From Thermodesulfobacteriota bacterium (GTDB lineage Bacteria; Desulfobacterota; Desulfobacteria; Desulfobacterales; C00003060), in assembly GCA_034189385.1 (NCBI GenBank), contig JAXHVD010000004.1, positions 96,001 through 160,000 on the forward strand: a stretch of DNA of 64,000 bases, given 5' to 3'. Below the pieces are notes generated by a model. It saw only the letters and a program-made list of their open reading frames with translations, ran no database searches and had not been told where the DNA came from. The position numbers were made by a program, and so were the translations under genes. Below, piece after piece: positions 10,794 to 20,537 of this stretch; the first letter of the stretch is position 1; each line of letters begins with the position of its first letter.

Positions 10794-11653
10794 GACCCCT
10801 TTTAGAGGAAGGTTACGGACTCAAGTTTGCGCCTGCGGCTTCAAAGGAGGCGCACCCCTCGTCTCCACTAATAGTACGTGTTTCAAGACTTGTAACCCCT
10901 GTGGATGTGCAACAAAGGGAGGGGGAAATTCGCTGAAAGAAGGCCTACAGCCATTGCCACCCACCATCTCCCCAACAGCTACTAAAGGCATTGGAGGCCG
11001 AAGAGAAGCGGATCCCCCCTCCCGAGGCTCCCATTGCATCAAAAAGGTCCAAACCAGCGCCCCGCCACTTCATAGAAGCCTTGGCACGTGTTTACTGGTC
11101 ATTTCAGGTGGTTGATAACGGTGCGAACCTTGAGTTACGGATAAGATAGCGTACCCTTTTTTCCCCTTTAAATGGGCCATCAAGACTCCTGTGGGCCGCT
11201 TGCTCCATGCAGCCCCAAGCTATGAGTGACTGCCTGTCCCCATGTTCTGTCGTCCTTCCCCTCTCGTCACCGGTACCTGGTGCCTTACGCTTCTACCACT
11301 TGCCCTCCGCCCTCCGTCGTCTGTCGTCTGTTGTCTGTCTTCGCCCTCGTCTCCGCTTCACCGCACCCCCCGCTTCCCTTCCGTCCGCCCTCGTGCTTCT
11401 CCGGTCTTGTCACTCGTCACGCGTTACTGCCCTACCAGCTAGTTTTTGCACCACATCTACGTAGTTCTACGATTTGTTACCAATTAGAATCCTTGACAAA
11501 AATGGGCTTCAGTGATATAGACCGTTCGGTTAGCTTTTGCCCCCGTCAACCCAAACCAAGAGGGTGCCATGAACAAATGAAAAGGCCCTGTTTCTCCTAG
11601 AGAGAGGCGGGGTTTTGTGTTTTTGGGATGGAGAAGTCACCCTCAGGGAAAAG

Positions 11654-11900
11654 ATGAAGAAGAGAACTGCAAAAGACAAAAACGCTTTGGTTCCTGCTGA
11701 GCGGATCGAAACAGCGATTTTGCTCATCGGCGGCCAGAAAGTCATGCTGGACCGGGACCTCGCTGAGCTCTATGGGGTGGAAACAAGAGTCCTTAAGCAA
11801 GCTGTGAGACGCAACATCAAGCGTTTTCCATCTGATTTATATGTTTGAGCTGACGAGACAGGAGAATGAGTCTTTAAGATCACAAAATGTGACCTTAAAA
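11654..11900 (+). pseudogene. ORF6N-domain gene, frameshifted N-terminal fragment
   Basis: [35 protein letters not shown], continuing as [20 protein letters not shown] in another frame. Confidence 0.85.
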
Positions 11901-11928
11901 AGTGTCCTTTTTGCCGAGGGCAAGGTTC

Positions 11929-12501
11929 ATGCCAGGTAAGCATGCAACAGTGCCTGCAGATCAGATTGAACGCAGCATTTACCTAATCCGTGGCGAGAGA
12001 ATCCTACTGGATAGTGACCTTGCCCAGCTTTATGGGGTCGAAACGGGCATATTGAATCGAGCGGTAAGACGAAATAGCGACCGATTTCCAGAAGACTTCA
12101 TGTTCCAGCTTACGGCTGACGAGGTGGAGGATTTGAGATGCCAAATTGGCACCTCAAAGAAGGGTCGTGGAGGCCGTCGTTACTTGCCTTATGCATTTAC
12201 AGAGCAAGGTGTGGCCATGCTTTCCAGTGTACTGAACAGTCCGCGTGCTATTCAGATGAATGTTGCCATAATGCGGACTTTTGTAAGACTTCGGCGGGAG
12301 CTGTCGACTCACAAAGAGTTAGCGGCAAAATTGAACGAACTAGAACGGAAGATCGAAAAGCATGACGAGAGTATTGAAACCATTTTCGAAGCCATCCGCC
12401 AGCTTATGACACCACCCGAGAAGCCCAGAAAGAAGATTGGGTTTGAAATCAAGGAAGGTCGCTCTTCTTATAACAAGAGCTCAAAGAGAAAAGGCAAATG
12501 A
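11929..12501 (+). CDS. ORF6N-domain DNA-binding protein
   Basis: LLDSDLAQLYGVET...RFPEDFMFQLT...YLPYAFTEQGVAMLSSVL. Confidence 0.93.
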   Translation: MPGKHATVPADQIERSIYLIRGERILLDSDLAQLYGVETGILNRAVRRNSDRFPEDFMFQLTADEVEDLRCQIGTSKKGRGGRRYLPYAFTEQGVAMLSSVLNSPRAIQMNVAIMRTFVRLRRELSTHKELAAKLNELERKIEKHDESIETIFEAIRQLMTPPEKPRKKIGFEIKEGRSSYNKSSKRKGK

Positions 12502-12627
12502 CTCCAGAGACTTTGGGAGCTCTGTGAGAGGATGAGACAGCCCGAAGGGCACGACAGTAATCGTGGCGACAAGTCGTCGCCATGATAGTCTGTGGCCGTC
12601 TGTGTGCTTCTGTGGCAGAAAATATGC

Positions 12628-12861
12628 GTTCAAGCTTGTCCTTGAGGCCATTGCCGAGCTCATGGCACCGCCTGAAAAGCCCAAGAGGATTCACCCCGTT
12701 AAACGTCGGTTTGCCGTATGTTCTTCAAGAGCCATATGGCGCACAGCCGGAGCCGCATGTTAGCACTCAATTCTCCTGCCCTGTGTTTAACTGGGGAGAT
12801 AGGTTTTGAGGTGAAGGAAAAGCGTGCGGCCTGCGGTAAGCGTAAGAAAGTGAAAAACTGA
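12628..12861 (+). pseudogene. ORF6N C-terminal remnant interrupted by a 107-bp insertion
   Basis: LEAIAELMAPPEKPKR|IGFEVKEKR matches the C-terminus of the upstream paralogue (FEAIRQLMTPPEKPRKKIGFEIKE). Confidence 0.75.
12691..12797. mobile_element. MITE-like insertion
   Basis: Imperfect terminal inverted repeats (TIRs) TCACCCCGTTAAAC...GTTTAACTGGGGA, flanked by duplicated GAT; removal restores K-R-I-G-F-E. Confidence 0.7.
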
Positions 12862-13075
12862 GGCCCGGTGGACCGGTGAAGTGGTGTGGATATCTGAAAA
12901 ATGAGACAAGTCATGGCTTTGATTCAACCTATGATCAGTGACGGGACAGATCGTGAACATGATCGACAAGCCGAATAATTACTATTTAAGATCTGACCCT
13001 GGGCTCTCCCCTTGGCTCTCCCATGGGGGTGCCGGATGACCGGTATTCCTACCATGAGGGCAGAACAAAAGAAAT

Positions 13076-13825
13076 ATGAACAATTTCGATCGCTACAAAA
13101 TGCTTGAAGATGCCGTGCCGGCGAACATCACCTCTGTTCCGTCCGAGTTTGTCCTTCACAAAGATGGTGCGCTAAGAGTAGTGTGGGCGCCTTGCGATTA
13201 CATAAATACCGGTGCCCGTATTGCTATCGTCGGGATCACTCCAGGTTGGCAACAGGCCCAAATCGCCTATACAGAAGCCCAGCAAGCTCTGAAAGATGGC
13301 CTCAGCTATCCAGAAGCCTGTAACCGCGCGAAAGGGCAAGCAGCATTCGCCGGGACTATGCGAAAGAATCTCATTGCGATGCTTGATGATATCGGTGTCG
13401 GCCAAGCCTTAGGCATTCCCTCGACAGTTGAACTCTTTGGTAGATCGCATTCCGACCTTCATTCGACGTCGGCATTACGTTACCCGGTGTTTCGTGACAA
13501 CAAAAATTACACAGGTCACGTCCCAAATCCTCTGAAGCATCATTACCTTCTTTCGATGATAGAGACTTTACTCACGGAAGAGCTAACGGCTGTATCACCC
13601 GCTTTGGTTGTTCCTCTTGGAAAGGCTGCGAATGCGTGCGTTCAACACGCGATTTCAATTTGTCAGGCAAACGTTTCCATCTTGGACATGTTCCCACATC
13701 CCTCAGGAGCAAACGGACACCGCATGCGTCAGTTCAAAGAGCGGAAGAAGACTCTGTTGGGAATCGTCGAGAATTGGCAAGCTCAGGCTAATGCATCCGA
13801 CACAAAAAGCCGCCGGGCTCATTAG
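13076..13825 (+). CDS. Uracil-DNA glycosylase superfamily-like protein
   Basis: IAIVGITPG, VVPLGKA and FPHPSGAN match UDG-fold motifs A and B. Confidence 0.7.
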   Translation: MNNFDRYKMLEDAVPANITSVPSEFVLHKDGALRVVWAPCDYINTGARIAIVGITPGWQQAQIAYTEAQQALKDGLSYPEACNRAKGQAAFAGTMRKNLIAMLDDIGVGQALGIPSTVELFGRSHSDLHSTSALRYPVFRDNKNYTGHVPNPLKHHYLLSMIETLLTEELTAVSPALVVPLGKAANACVQHAISICQANVSILDMFPHPSGANGHRMRQFKERKKTLLGIVENWQAQANASDTKSRRAH

Positions 13826-13968
13826 CGGTCTTGAATTTCAGGAGCATGAGGTTTCAAGAGGGGAAAAGAAGAGCGTCACATCTTGCTTATTAATTATTGG
13901 GCATGTGCAGCAAGTGCCGGTGGCGTGGGCAGTAGGCGGGCTTCGGAAATATTAGCGCATGTCAGAAA

Positions 13969-14255
13969 ATGGGCAGGCTCACCCTGCGCAGTAAGGTGCA
14001 GGTGAATATCCAAGGGATGCTTTACTGCCTGGTGTACAATATTGAAAAGAACATCGACTCCGGAAAGAGCTATACTATGGTGCGACCATCAGAGGAAATC
14101 CGGACGGAAGTCTACCCCAAAAGCACAATGAGGAGGGCGCGGCATCTGTTTTGGCTCCTCGAACATGGCGAACAGCCATTTTTCCGAAAAGCCATAGCTC
14201 ATCTGACAAGTTGCGGGGATGAAAGCCATCTCGCGAGGCGTTTTTCGACAGTCTC
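13969..14255 (+). pseudogene. 3' remnant and right end of an IS1182-like transposase
   Basis: RLTLRSKVQVNIQGMLYCLVYNIEK resembles the DDE_Tnp_1_6 C-terminus; terminal TTTTTCGACAGTCTC at 14241-14255. Confidence 0.6.
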
Positions 14256-14275
14256 GTTGGCTGGTGGGGAGGAAA

Positions 14276-14665
14276 TTGAGAGTGAAATCGGTTTATCCAG
14301 AGATCTCAGCGGCATGTACCCGTGCAGATACCGGACTCTGGGGAGCATTCGAGCGTAATCAGCAAACTGATGCTAGAGTCTCTGACGGGGGGAAACTCAT
14401 TTTCCCCGAGTATCGCGGCGGCTCCCTACGAGTGAGTGAACAGGAAGCCCGCTTCGCTTTCGTTGAGGCGCTATGCATGGGGCCGCTTCTGTACTCAGTC
14501 GAGGCACCAACAAGTAAACTCTATCAGTTCACCGGCAAGTCATCGCTCTCGGCCCAAACCGATCTTGCAATACATAATGCGGCTGGGGCTCGTATCTGTA
14601 ATGTGGAATTCAAGGCTAAGGGGAGCCCGGGGAAGGGGAGCCCGGGGTCGCATCTTAATTATTAA
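14276..14665 (+). pseudogene. PD-(D/E)XK nuclease-like protein, C-terminally truncated at a repeat
   Basis: GGAGG followed by TTG start; TDLAI...NVEFKAK motif, then runs into the GGGGAGCCCGGGG duplication. Confidence 0.5.
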
Positions 14666-14805
14666 TTATTGACATTTTCTTCCGGCCAGATTATCCTGCC
14701 TTTCAAAGAAGCACTCAGCCATCGGGCCCAAGAACTGAAGTCACATCCCCGAAGCTGACCGGCTCCTTCAATTCATAGCATCTTCCATATCGAGGGGGTG
14801 GTTCC

Positions 14806-14976
14806 ATGGCCCGTCCGTTGCGCATAGAATATGCAGGTGCCTTTTATCATGTCATCCATCGAGGAAATGCCGGAGAAGCGATTTTTCGAACCAAGCGTGA
14901 CCGAAAATTTGCGGGACGCCCTTTTCTTTTGCAGTTTCGGCATTTCACGCGAGCTATTCTGTGGGAATCTTCTTGA
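14806..14976 (+). pseudogene. N-terminal fragment of a REP-associated tyrosine (Y1/HUH, RAYT-like) transposase
   Basis: Manual translation MARPLRIEYAGAFYHVIHRGNAGEAIFRTKRDR, then loses similarity; not in the ORF track. Confidence 0.8.
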
Positions 14977-15136
14977 CTGTTCCTTCCGACCAAACCGATC
15001 CTTTACAATACCGACAGATGTTGATAGCTTTGAATTAGTGGGATCTGTCCAACGATCTTCGTTTCTGTTCAATGATTGGAAGGGCCCGGAAATACAGCAA
15101 TCTTTGAAAGATGAGGGATTACCTTAGGAGGGTTTC

Positions 15137-15367
15137 ATGACCGATTTACTTAAGAAAATAGAAGATGAGGCCCTTTCGCTCCCTCGGCAGGAGCGCGCCT
15201 TTTTGGCTGACCGCCTGCTGAGCTCTCTTGATGAAGATGTGCTCACAGACGTAGATGCCGCCTGGATAGCCGAGGCCGAGCGTCGGTATGAGCAGTACAA
15301 GAAAGGAGAGAGGCCTGGCATTGCCGCACAGGAAGTGTTTGCCGAAGCTGATCGTCCGTTGAAATGA
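15137..15367 (+). CDS. Putative addiction module antitoxin (Unstab_antitox-like), orphan
   Basis: EALSLPRQERAFLADRLLSSL...AWIAEAERR; no cognate RelE/ParE gene follows. Confidence 0.8.
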   Translation: MTDLLKKIEDEALSLPRQERAFLADRLLSSLDEDVLTDVDAAWIAEAERRYEQYKKGERPGIAAQEVFAEADRPLK

Positions 15368-15426
15368 CCCCAATCCCAGGTAGCTGTTAGGTCCAATTTG
15401 TAACCCATTGTAGGAAATTACGGAAA

Positions 15427-15663
15427 ATGACCAACTACACTGCAAAGTATACCAAGATTGACTCCGGTTACATGGGACAGTTGGTGGAATGGCCTGAGGT
15501 TGTCACCGAAGGCCAGGATCTCGAGGAGTGCCGTTCGATGCTACGCGATGCACTGAATGAGATGGTGCTCGCCTATCAACAGATGGGGAAGGAGATTCCT
15601 CCTGGAAACGCGCTTATAGAGCAACTGCCCATAGAGGTCCAACATGTCGGTCAGGCGACGTGA
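15427..15663 (+). CDS. hicB: HicB-family antitoxin
   Basis: GQLVEWPEVVTEGQDLEECRSMLRDAL...GKEIP. Confidence 0.88.
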   Translation: MTNYTAKYTKIDSGYMGQLVEWPEVVTEGQDLEECRSMLRDALNEMVLAYQQMGKEIPPGNALIEQLPIEVQHVGQAT

Positions 15664-15832
15664 TCTCGTCGGGCACTTGGAGAAGAACGGTTTCCATTTG
15701 CTGAGGGAAGGTGGCAACCATTCCATCTATACGAACGGAACCAAGGTCGTTCCCGTCAAACGCCACAGACACCTTGATCGGATCACTGCAAACGAAATCT
15801 GCAAGCAGGCCGGTCTCCACCCTAAGTTCTAA
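15644..15832 (+). CDS. hicA: HicA-family toxin
   Basis: LEKNGF..REGGNHSIY..VPVKRH..ICKQAG; overlaps hicB. Confidence 0.88.
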   Translation: MSVRRRDLVGHLEKNGFHLLREGGNHSIYTNGTKVVPVKRHRHLDRITANEICKQAGLHPKF

Positions 15833-16162
15833 CCAACCCCCCAGCCTAATCTTCAGGACGAGTGAGAGAGAACCATGAGGGTCAGATCTTAAATCTTAAT
15901 TATCGGGACCTCCAAGAAAGCATTCTCGGGAGAGAGATTCGAGGACCAGTAGTACACTTTGGGGATGATCGGTGTTTTCTTTGCGGTCGGACCATGGCAA
16001 GTGGTTGAGATGCCGCGATGTGGTGCGGAAAATGGCCCTTAAAACAGCCTTAGAACGCAGTTTTTGATATTGGAATTGGACTTCTAAGGAAGAGACATTC
16101 GAAACGAACATCATGACCTAAGCCTTCGGCTCCATACCCAGCATGGGTGGTCTCTTCCTGGA

Positions 16163-16387
16163 CGGGGTCTCTTTTGCCTTGGCACAGCTGGCTTTCTTTG
16201 ATCATAATCGTGTCATCTTGGAAGACTTGGAACATAGTGATGATGAAAAACGATATTGCTGTCTTGGCAAAGTCTGCGGTGGGGTAATACCTGTAAGATT
16301 TACATACCGAAAAAAATCAGAATAATAGGCGCCGGATATTGGCGGAAAGGAAAGAAAATATATGAAAGGGAAAATAAAATACACTGA
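16163..16387 (+). pseudogene. BrnT-family toxin, 5'-truncated and frameshifted
   Basis: GVSFALAQLAFFD..DLEHSDDEKRY..VRFTYR, frameshift in the A-run near 16310, then IRIIGAGYWRKGKKIYE. Confidence 0.8.
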
Positions 16388-16589
16388 TGAGCCCATTGGA
16401 AAGGTGAAGGTTATTCCTGACTTTCTTCCTTCACCTGAAGAACTAGCTCTAAAGGACGAAACCGTTAAGGTCACAATTGCTCTCAGCAAAACGAGCGTTG
16501 ATTTCTTTAAGAAAGAAGCAAAAAAATATAACACGCAGTATCAAAAAATGATTCGCAGGCTCTTGGATGAGTATGCGGCCCATCAATAA
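16362..16589 (+). CDS. BrnA-like/CopG-type antitoxin
   Basis: DFLPSPEEL..VKVTIALS..VDFFK..YQKMIRRLLD; adjacent to the BrnT remnant. Confidence 0.8.
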   Translation: MKGKIKYTDEPIGKVKVIPDFLPSPEELALKDETVKVTIALSKTSVDFFKKEAKKYNTQYQKMIRRLLDEYAAHQ

Positions 16590-16649
16590 TACTATCCATT
16601 ACCTGCAAAAAGCCGCGCGGCTGATTAGCCCGTTCGACAGGAAAGCGGA

Positions 16650-17327
16650 ATGAAGAGAAAGGCTCTGCTGAGTTGGAGTAGCGGCAAAGACAGCGCATGG
16701 GCTCTACATGCCTTGCAACAGGACCGCCAGATTGACGTTGTGGGCCTCTTTACAGTCGTGAACGAGGCACATGATCGTGTCGCCATGCATGCAACCAGAT
16801 CGGATCTACTGCGGCGTCAATGTGATGCACTGGGTCTGACGCTTCAAGTCATCCATATACCGGATCCGTGCAGCAACGAAGAGTACGGTGCAGCCATGGG
16901 ATCCTTCGTTGACAATGCCAGGCAAGACGGAATCGAGTGCATGGCCTTTGGAGACCTCTTTCTTCAAGACATCAGGGACTATCGTGAGCAGCAACTCAAG
17001 GGGACGGGGCTCAAGCCCGTCTTTCCCATTTGGAATACTCCGACTGACTCCTTGGCGAAAGAGATGTGGGCATCCGGGGTTGAAGCATACATCAGCTGTC
17101 TTGATCCCCGGAAAATACCCAAAGCCCTGGCGGGCCGCCGATGGTCGGAAACTCTGCTGGGCGAGCTCCCGGAAGACGTTGACCCATGTGGCGAGAACGG
17201 AGAGTTTCACACGGTGGTCGTTGATGGCCCGATGTTCAGGGAATCGATTCCGGTCCGAATTGGCGAAACTGTTGAGCGACAGGGATTCGTTTTCACTGAC
17301 ATCATCCCTGTAGATGGAAGGGTGTAG
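16650..17327 (+). CDS. Dph6/diphthine-ammonia ligase-like adenine nucleotide alpha hydrolase
   Basis: SWSSGKDS PP-loop, FGDLFL and DPCGENGEFHT. Confidence 0.88.
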   Translation: MKRKALLSWSSGKDSAWALHALQQDRQIDVVGLFTVVNEAHDRVAMHATRSDLLRRQCDALGLTLQVIHIPDPCSNEEYGAAMGSFVDNARQDGIECMAFGDLFLQDIRDYREQQLKGTGLKPVFPIWNTPTDSLAKEMWASGVEAYISCLDPRKIPKALAGRRWSETLLGELPEDVDPCGENGEFHTVVVDGPMFRESIPVRIGETVERQGFVFTDIIPVDGRV

Positions 17328-17724
17328 TTTCGGGATGTCCATGAAATTGTGCCTTTCTTATTACGCAACGTATTGAAGCCGTCAGCAAAGCATAGAATCA
17401 TGGATGTCCCACTCCCGTCCCCCTCGTATCTGCCATGCTCTGAGCCTTGCATAAAATCATAAAACGCACTTGGACCTTCGTGGAGTTCCCAGACCCCCAC
17501 AAACCTGATGACATCCAGTTCTAGAAAACTCAAACAGGAGCGGCCTTGCCGCCGCCCCGTCAAAATAAACTGAAAAACAGCCCATCCGTTGAAAATAATC
17601 AGCAAATCTCGGCCCATTCAATCTGAAATTCAACATATGGGACCTTTTCTTTTCCGCCCCTCCAACGCCCAAAATCTGTTTAACCAACTGATATCATGAT
17701 TGTCTTGCCGCCAGCCTCCTCGAA

Positions 17725-17740
17725 CGGCACGGTGCTTGCT
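17725..17740 (+). promoter_or_regulatory. Putative sigma54 -24/-12 promoter for the C25 peptidase
   Basis: CGGCACGGTGCTTGCT, GG-N10-GC spacing. Confidence 0.6.
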
Positions 17741-17873
17741 ACAGACAGCGTAGGTGATGGATATGACTAAGGGGAAAAGACTGCTCAAAAAAGGGCAGGC
17801 CTCGGAATAGGGTGGCCCGGAGAGGTCTCAGTGCGCCTGGAGCAGCCCCTGCGGAGTTTCAAAGGAGGCAAGA

Positions 17874-20300
17874 ATGAAAAGCAAAGCAACCGTTTGTTTC
17901 TCTCTGTTTCTATTGATCATCGTGACTCCTTGTTTTGTTTTTCAAAAACAGCCTGCTTCTGGACTTGCCCTGGCCGCAAGCCGAGATCCGGGGGACGTGG
18001 GATATGAATATCTGGAGGGTGAAGAAGAACAACGTTGCCCAAATTACAGCCATGTAGAGGTTCTGGATTCAACGGCTGAATCTGTCATGCTGCGATTTTC
18101 CCTCGGAGAAATGGACATTGGTTCCATGGAAATGGCAGATGGGAACCAATACCATACCATCATGGACCCGAGCCCCGAAGCTGGAACCTTTGAAGTGGGA
18201 AAACCGGCAGTTCCCGTATTCGGCTACTGGATTCTGATCCCAAATGGAACAGAACCGGAACTGGTCATTGATCCTGGGGGTTGCGCGATCATAGACGCTA
18301 TTCACCTGAAACCGGTACAACCCTCTGCCTACGCCCTGGACGATGAAAACATCATCCCCCCTTTTACCAAAGATGAAGAGGCATACGCTGCAGACAGGAG
18401 ATACCCCGGTGTATTGGCCGAACTGGGGCCCACGGAGATCGTTCGCGGCCAGCAATGCGCCCTTCTTTGGATCTATCCCTATCAATACAATCCGACACAA
18501 GAAAGGACCTATGCCTATCACTCCCTTGCAATAGCCATTCACTTCCATGGCCACATCATGCCAAAGCCCGACAATTTTTTTGATCCCCTTTTTCGCCGGG
18601 TGTCGCTTAATGGAGATGCCGTCATCTCGGCTGAAGACGAAGCAAAAGGACTGTTGGAGCCGCCTCCTCATGAGGTCTATCCCAAAGGCTCCTACGGCTG
18701 GGATTATATTATTGTGACACACCCTGACTTCAAGGCAGCGGCCCAGGACATGGCGGCCTGGAAAAAGCAATGTGGGTTCAAGACAGCCATCTATATGAAG
18801 CATCATCTAAAGGCCCAGGACATCAAGAATGTCCTCAAGGACGGGTTTGACCGCTGGGACATTAAGCCCAAGTATGTTCTTATTATCGGCGACGCAGAGT
18901 ATGTGCCCACCAACTATAAGACGGAACACGGCATGAACAAAGGAAAGATCGGGACGGATCTCTATTATACAACGTTGAATACAGGCCCCAGTCTGGATCA
19001 AACGGACTATCAGCCGGACATTTACATTGGAAGAATCTCTGTTGATACGGACGGCCAGGCCAAAAGGAGGGTAAAGGCCATCATCAACTATGAAGAAACC
19101 CCCACCATGAATAGCCACTTTTACAACAACGTGGCCCTGTGTACCTATTTTCAGGACGGGGGTAATTACTCCATGGACGGCGTTAAGAAGTATTTTCAGC
19201 CCAATGGTGTTGAAGATGGGATGTTCTGCAGGACAACGGAAAAACTGGCTGTATATCTGTCAGATGGAAAGCACAAGATCAAGAAATCCGTCAACAGAAT
19301 TTACTACACGGAAAACAATGTCACGCCAGCCAAGTGGGGTTTTTCTGAAAGCCCCAGCAGTACGCAGGGGACTCCGATCCCCGCCTATCTTCAAAGACCC
19401 CATTTCGGGTGGAGCGGATACCACGTGGACATAACCAATGCCGTCACTTCCGGCGCTTTTCTGGTGACACATTTTGATCATGGGGGCAGACAGGAGTGGG
19501 TCCATCCGGCCTATGAATGGTCAGACGCGTACCTCCTATTTAACTTCTCTTTGCTGCCTGTGGTCTGGAGCGCAAATTGCCAAACGGGCTGGTTTGATAA
19601 TGAGACAGATGACCCCAAGGCAAACACAAAGGCCTCGGAGGAGTGTTTCAGTGAATACTGGGAAAGACCTGCCTACAGTGTCTACGGGGATTGCGGCGCC
19701 GTAGGGATCATTGCAGGAACACGGATAACCTGGAACGAATACAATTCCTATCTGCTCCAGGGATGGACCGATGCCATCTGGCCCGGGCTCTTGCCCACAT
19801 CTTCTCCCGCAGACCTTCGCGTACTGGAAATGGGCCCTGTGCTCTGTGCCGGCAAATTCTATATGGCGACAAAAGTCAAGGAGGAGACCAAATATACGGG
19901 AGCGTCAAAAACAACCACAGAGAAGATAAGAAAGCACTATGAGATGTATCATTGGTTTGGCGATCCCTCCATGGAAATCCGAACGGAAAAGCCCAAATAC
20001 GTCTACGCCCAGATCCCCCAAGTGTTGTCCTTGAGTGACTACCTGAAGCAGTTCACTGTGAATGTGCATTTCATAAATGAGCATCACGAACACCTGGGTC
20101 CTGCGTCGGGCGCCAAGGTCACCATCTCCAAGATCGATGCCCCTCTTGACGATTATTCCAACTATTTCGTGGGCGTCACCGATGAAGAAGGCGCAGTCCA
20201 CTTTAATGAAGCCGCCATGAGCACACCAGGGCAATACACGGTGACCATCACCGCATCAAATGGTGTCCCCTTTCAGGACCTATTGACGATGGAGGAATAG
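17874..20300 (+). CDS. Secreted C25 (gingipain-like) cysteine peptidase with propeptide
   Basis: Signal peptide; YVLIIGD, TDLYY, PDIYIGRI, HFDHG (catalytic His), SANCQTG (catalytic Cys), FGDPSM. Confidence 0.9.
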   Translation: MKSKATVCFSLFLLIIVTPCFVFQKQPASGLALAASRDPGDVGYEYLEGEEEQRCPNYSHVEVLDSTAESVMLRFSLGEMDIGSMEMADGNQYHTIMDPSPEAGTFEVGKPAVPVFGYWILIPNGTEPELVIDPGGCAIIDAIHLKPVQPSAYALDDENIIPPFTKDEEAYAADRRYPGVLAELGPTEIVRGQQCALLWIYPYQYNPTQERTYAYHSLAIAIHFHGHIMPKPDNFFDPLFRRVSLNGDAVISAEDEAKGLLEPPPHEVYPKGSYGWDYIIVTHPDFKAAAQDMAAWKKQCGFKTAIYMKHHLKAQDIKNVLKDGFDRWDIKPKYVLIIGDAEYVPTNYKTEHGMNKGKIGTDLYYTTLNTGPSLDQTDYQPDIYIGRISVDTDGQAKRRVKAIINYEETPTMNSHFYNNVALCTYFQDGGNYSMDGVKKYFQPNGVEDGMFCRTTEKLAVYLSDGKHKIKKSVNRIYYTENNVTPAKWGFSESPSSTQGTPIPAYLQRPHFGWSGYHVDITNAVTSGAFLVTHFDHGGRQEWVHPAYEWSDAYLLFNFSLLPVVWSANCQTGWFDNETDDPKANTKASEECFSEYWERPAYSVYGDCGAVGIIAGTRITWNEYNSYLLQGWTDAIWPGLLPTSSPADLRVLEMGPVLCAGKFYMATKVKEETKYTGASKTTTEKIRKHYEMYHWFGDPSMEIRTEKPKYVYAQIPQVLSLSDYLKQFTVNVHFINEHHEHLGPASGAKVTISKIDAPLDDYSNYFVGVTDEEGAVHFNEAAMSTPGQYTVTITASNGVPFQDLLTMEE

Positions 20301-20327
20301 AGAACAAATAAAACAGGAAATGACTGA

Positions 20328-20537
20328 GAGTCAGAGGCAGGCGATGGCTTTGGTCTTCTTGCGGACGTAGGGACAAAGAACCCAGATCTGCCCATTATCC
20401 TCTACAGCGCTTACGATTCCTACAGAGATGACGCAAGGTCCACCCCGGCGGACGACTACGTGGTGAAATCGCATGATCTAGCGGAGCTCAAGGTGTCCAT
20501 AGCCAAGGCCATGGCGCAGAATACTTCGACGTGCTGA
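20328..20537 (+). pseudogene. C-terminal half of a receiver (REC) domain
   Basis: Manual translation DGFGLLADV..PDLPIILYSAY..ADDYVVKSHDLAELK; no start codon in frame. Confidence 0.65.
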
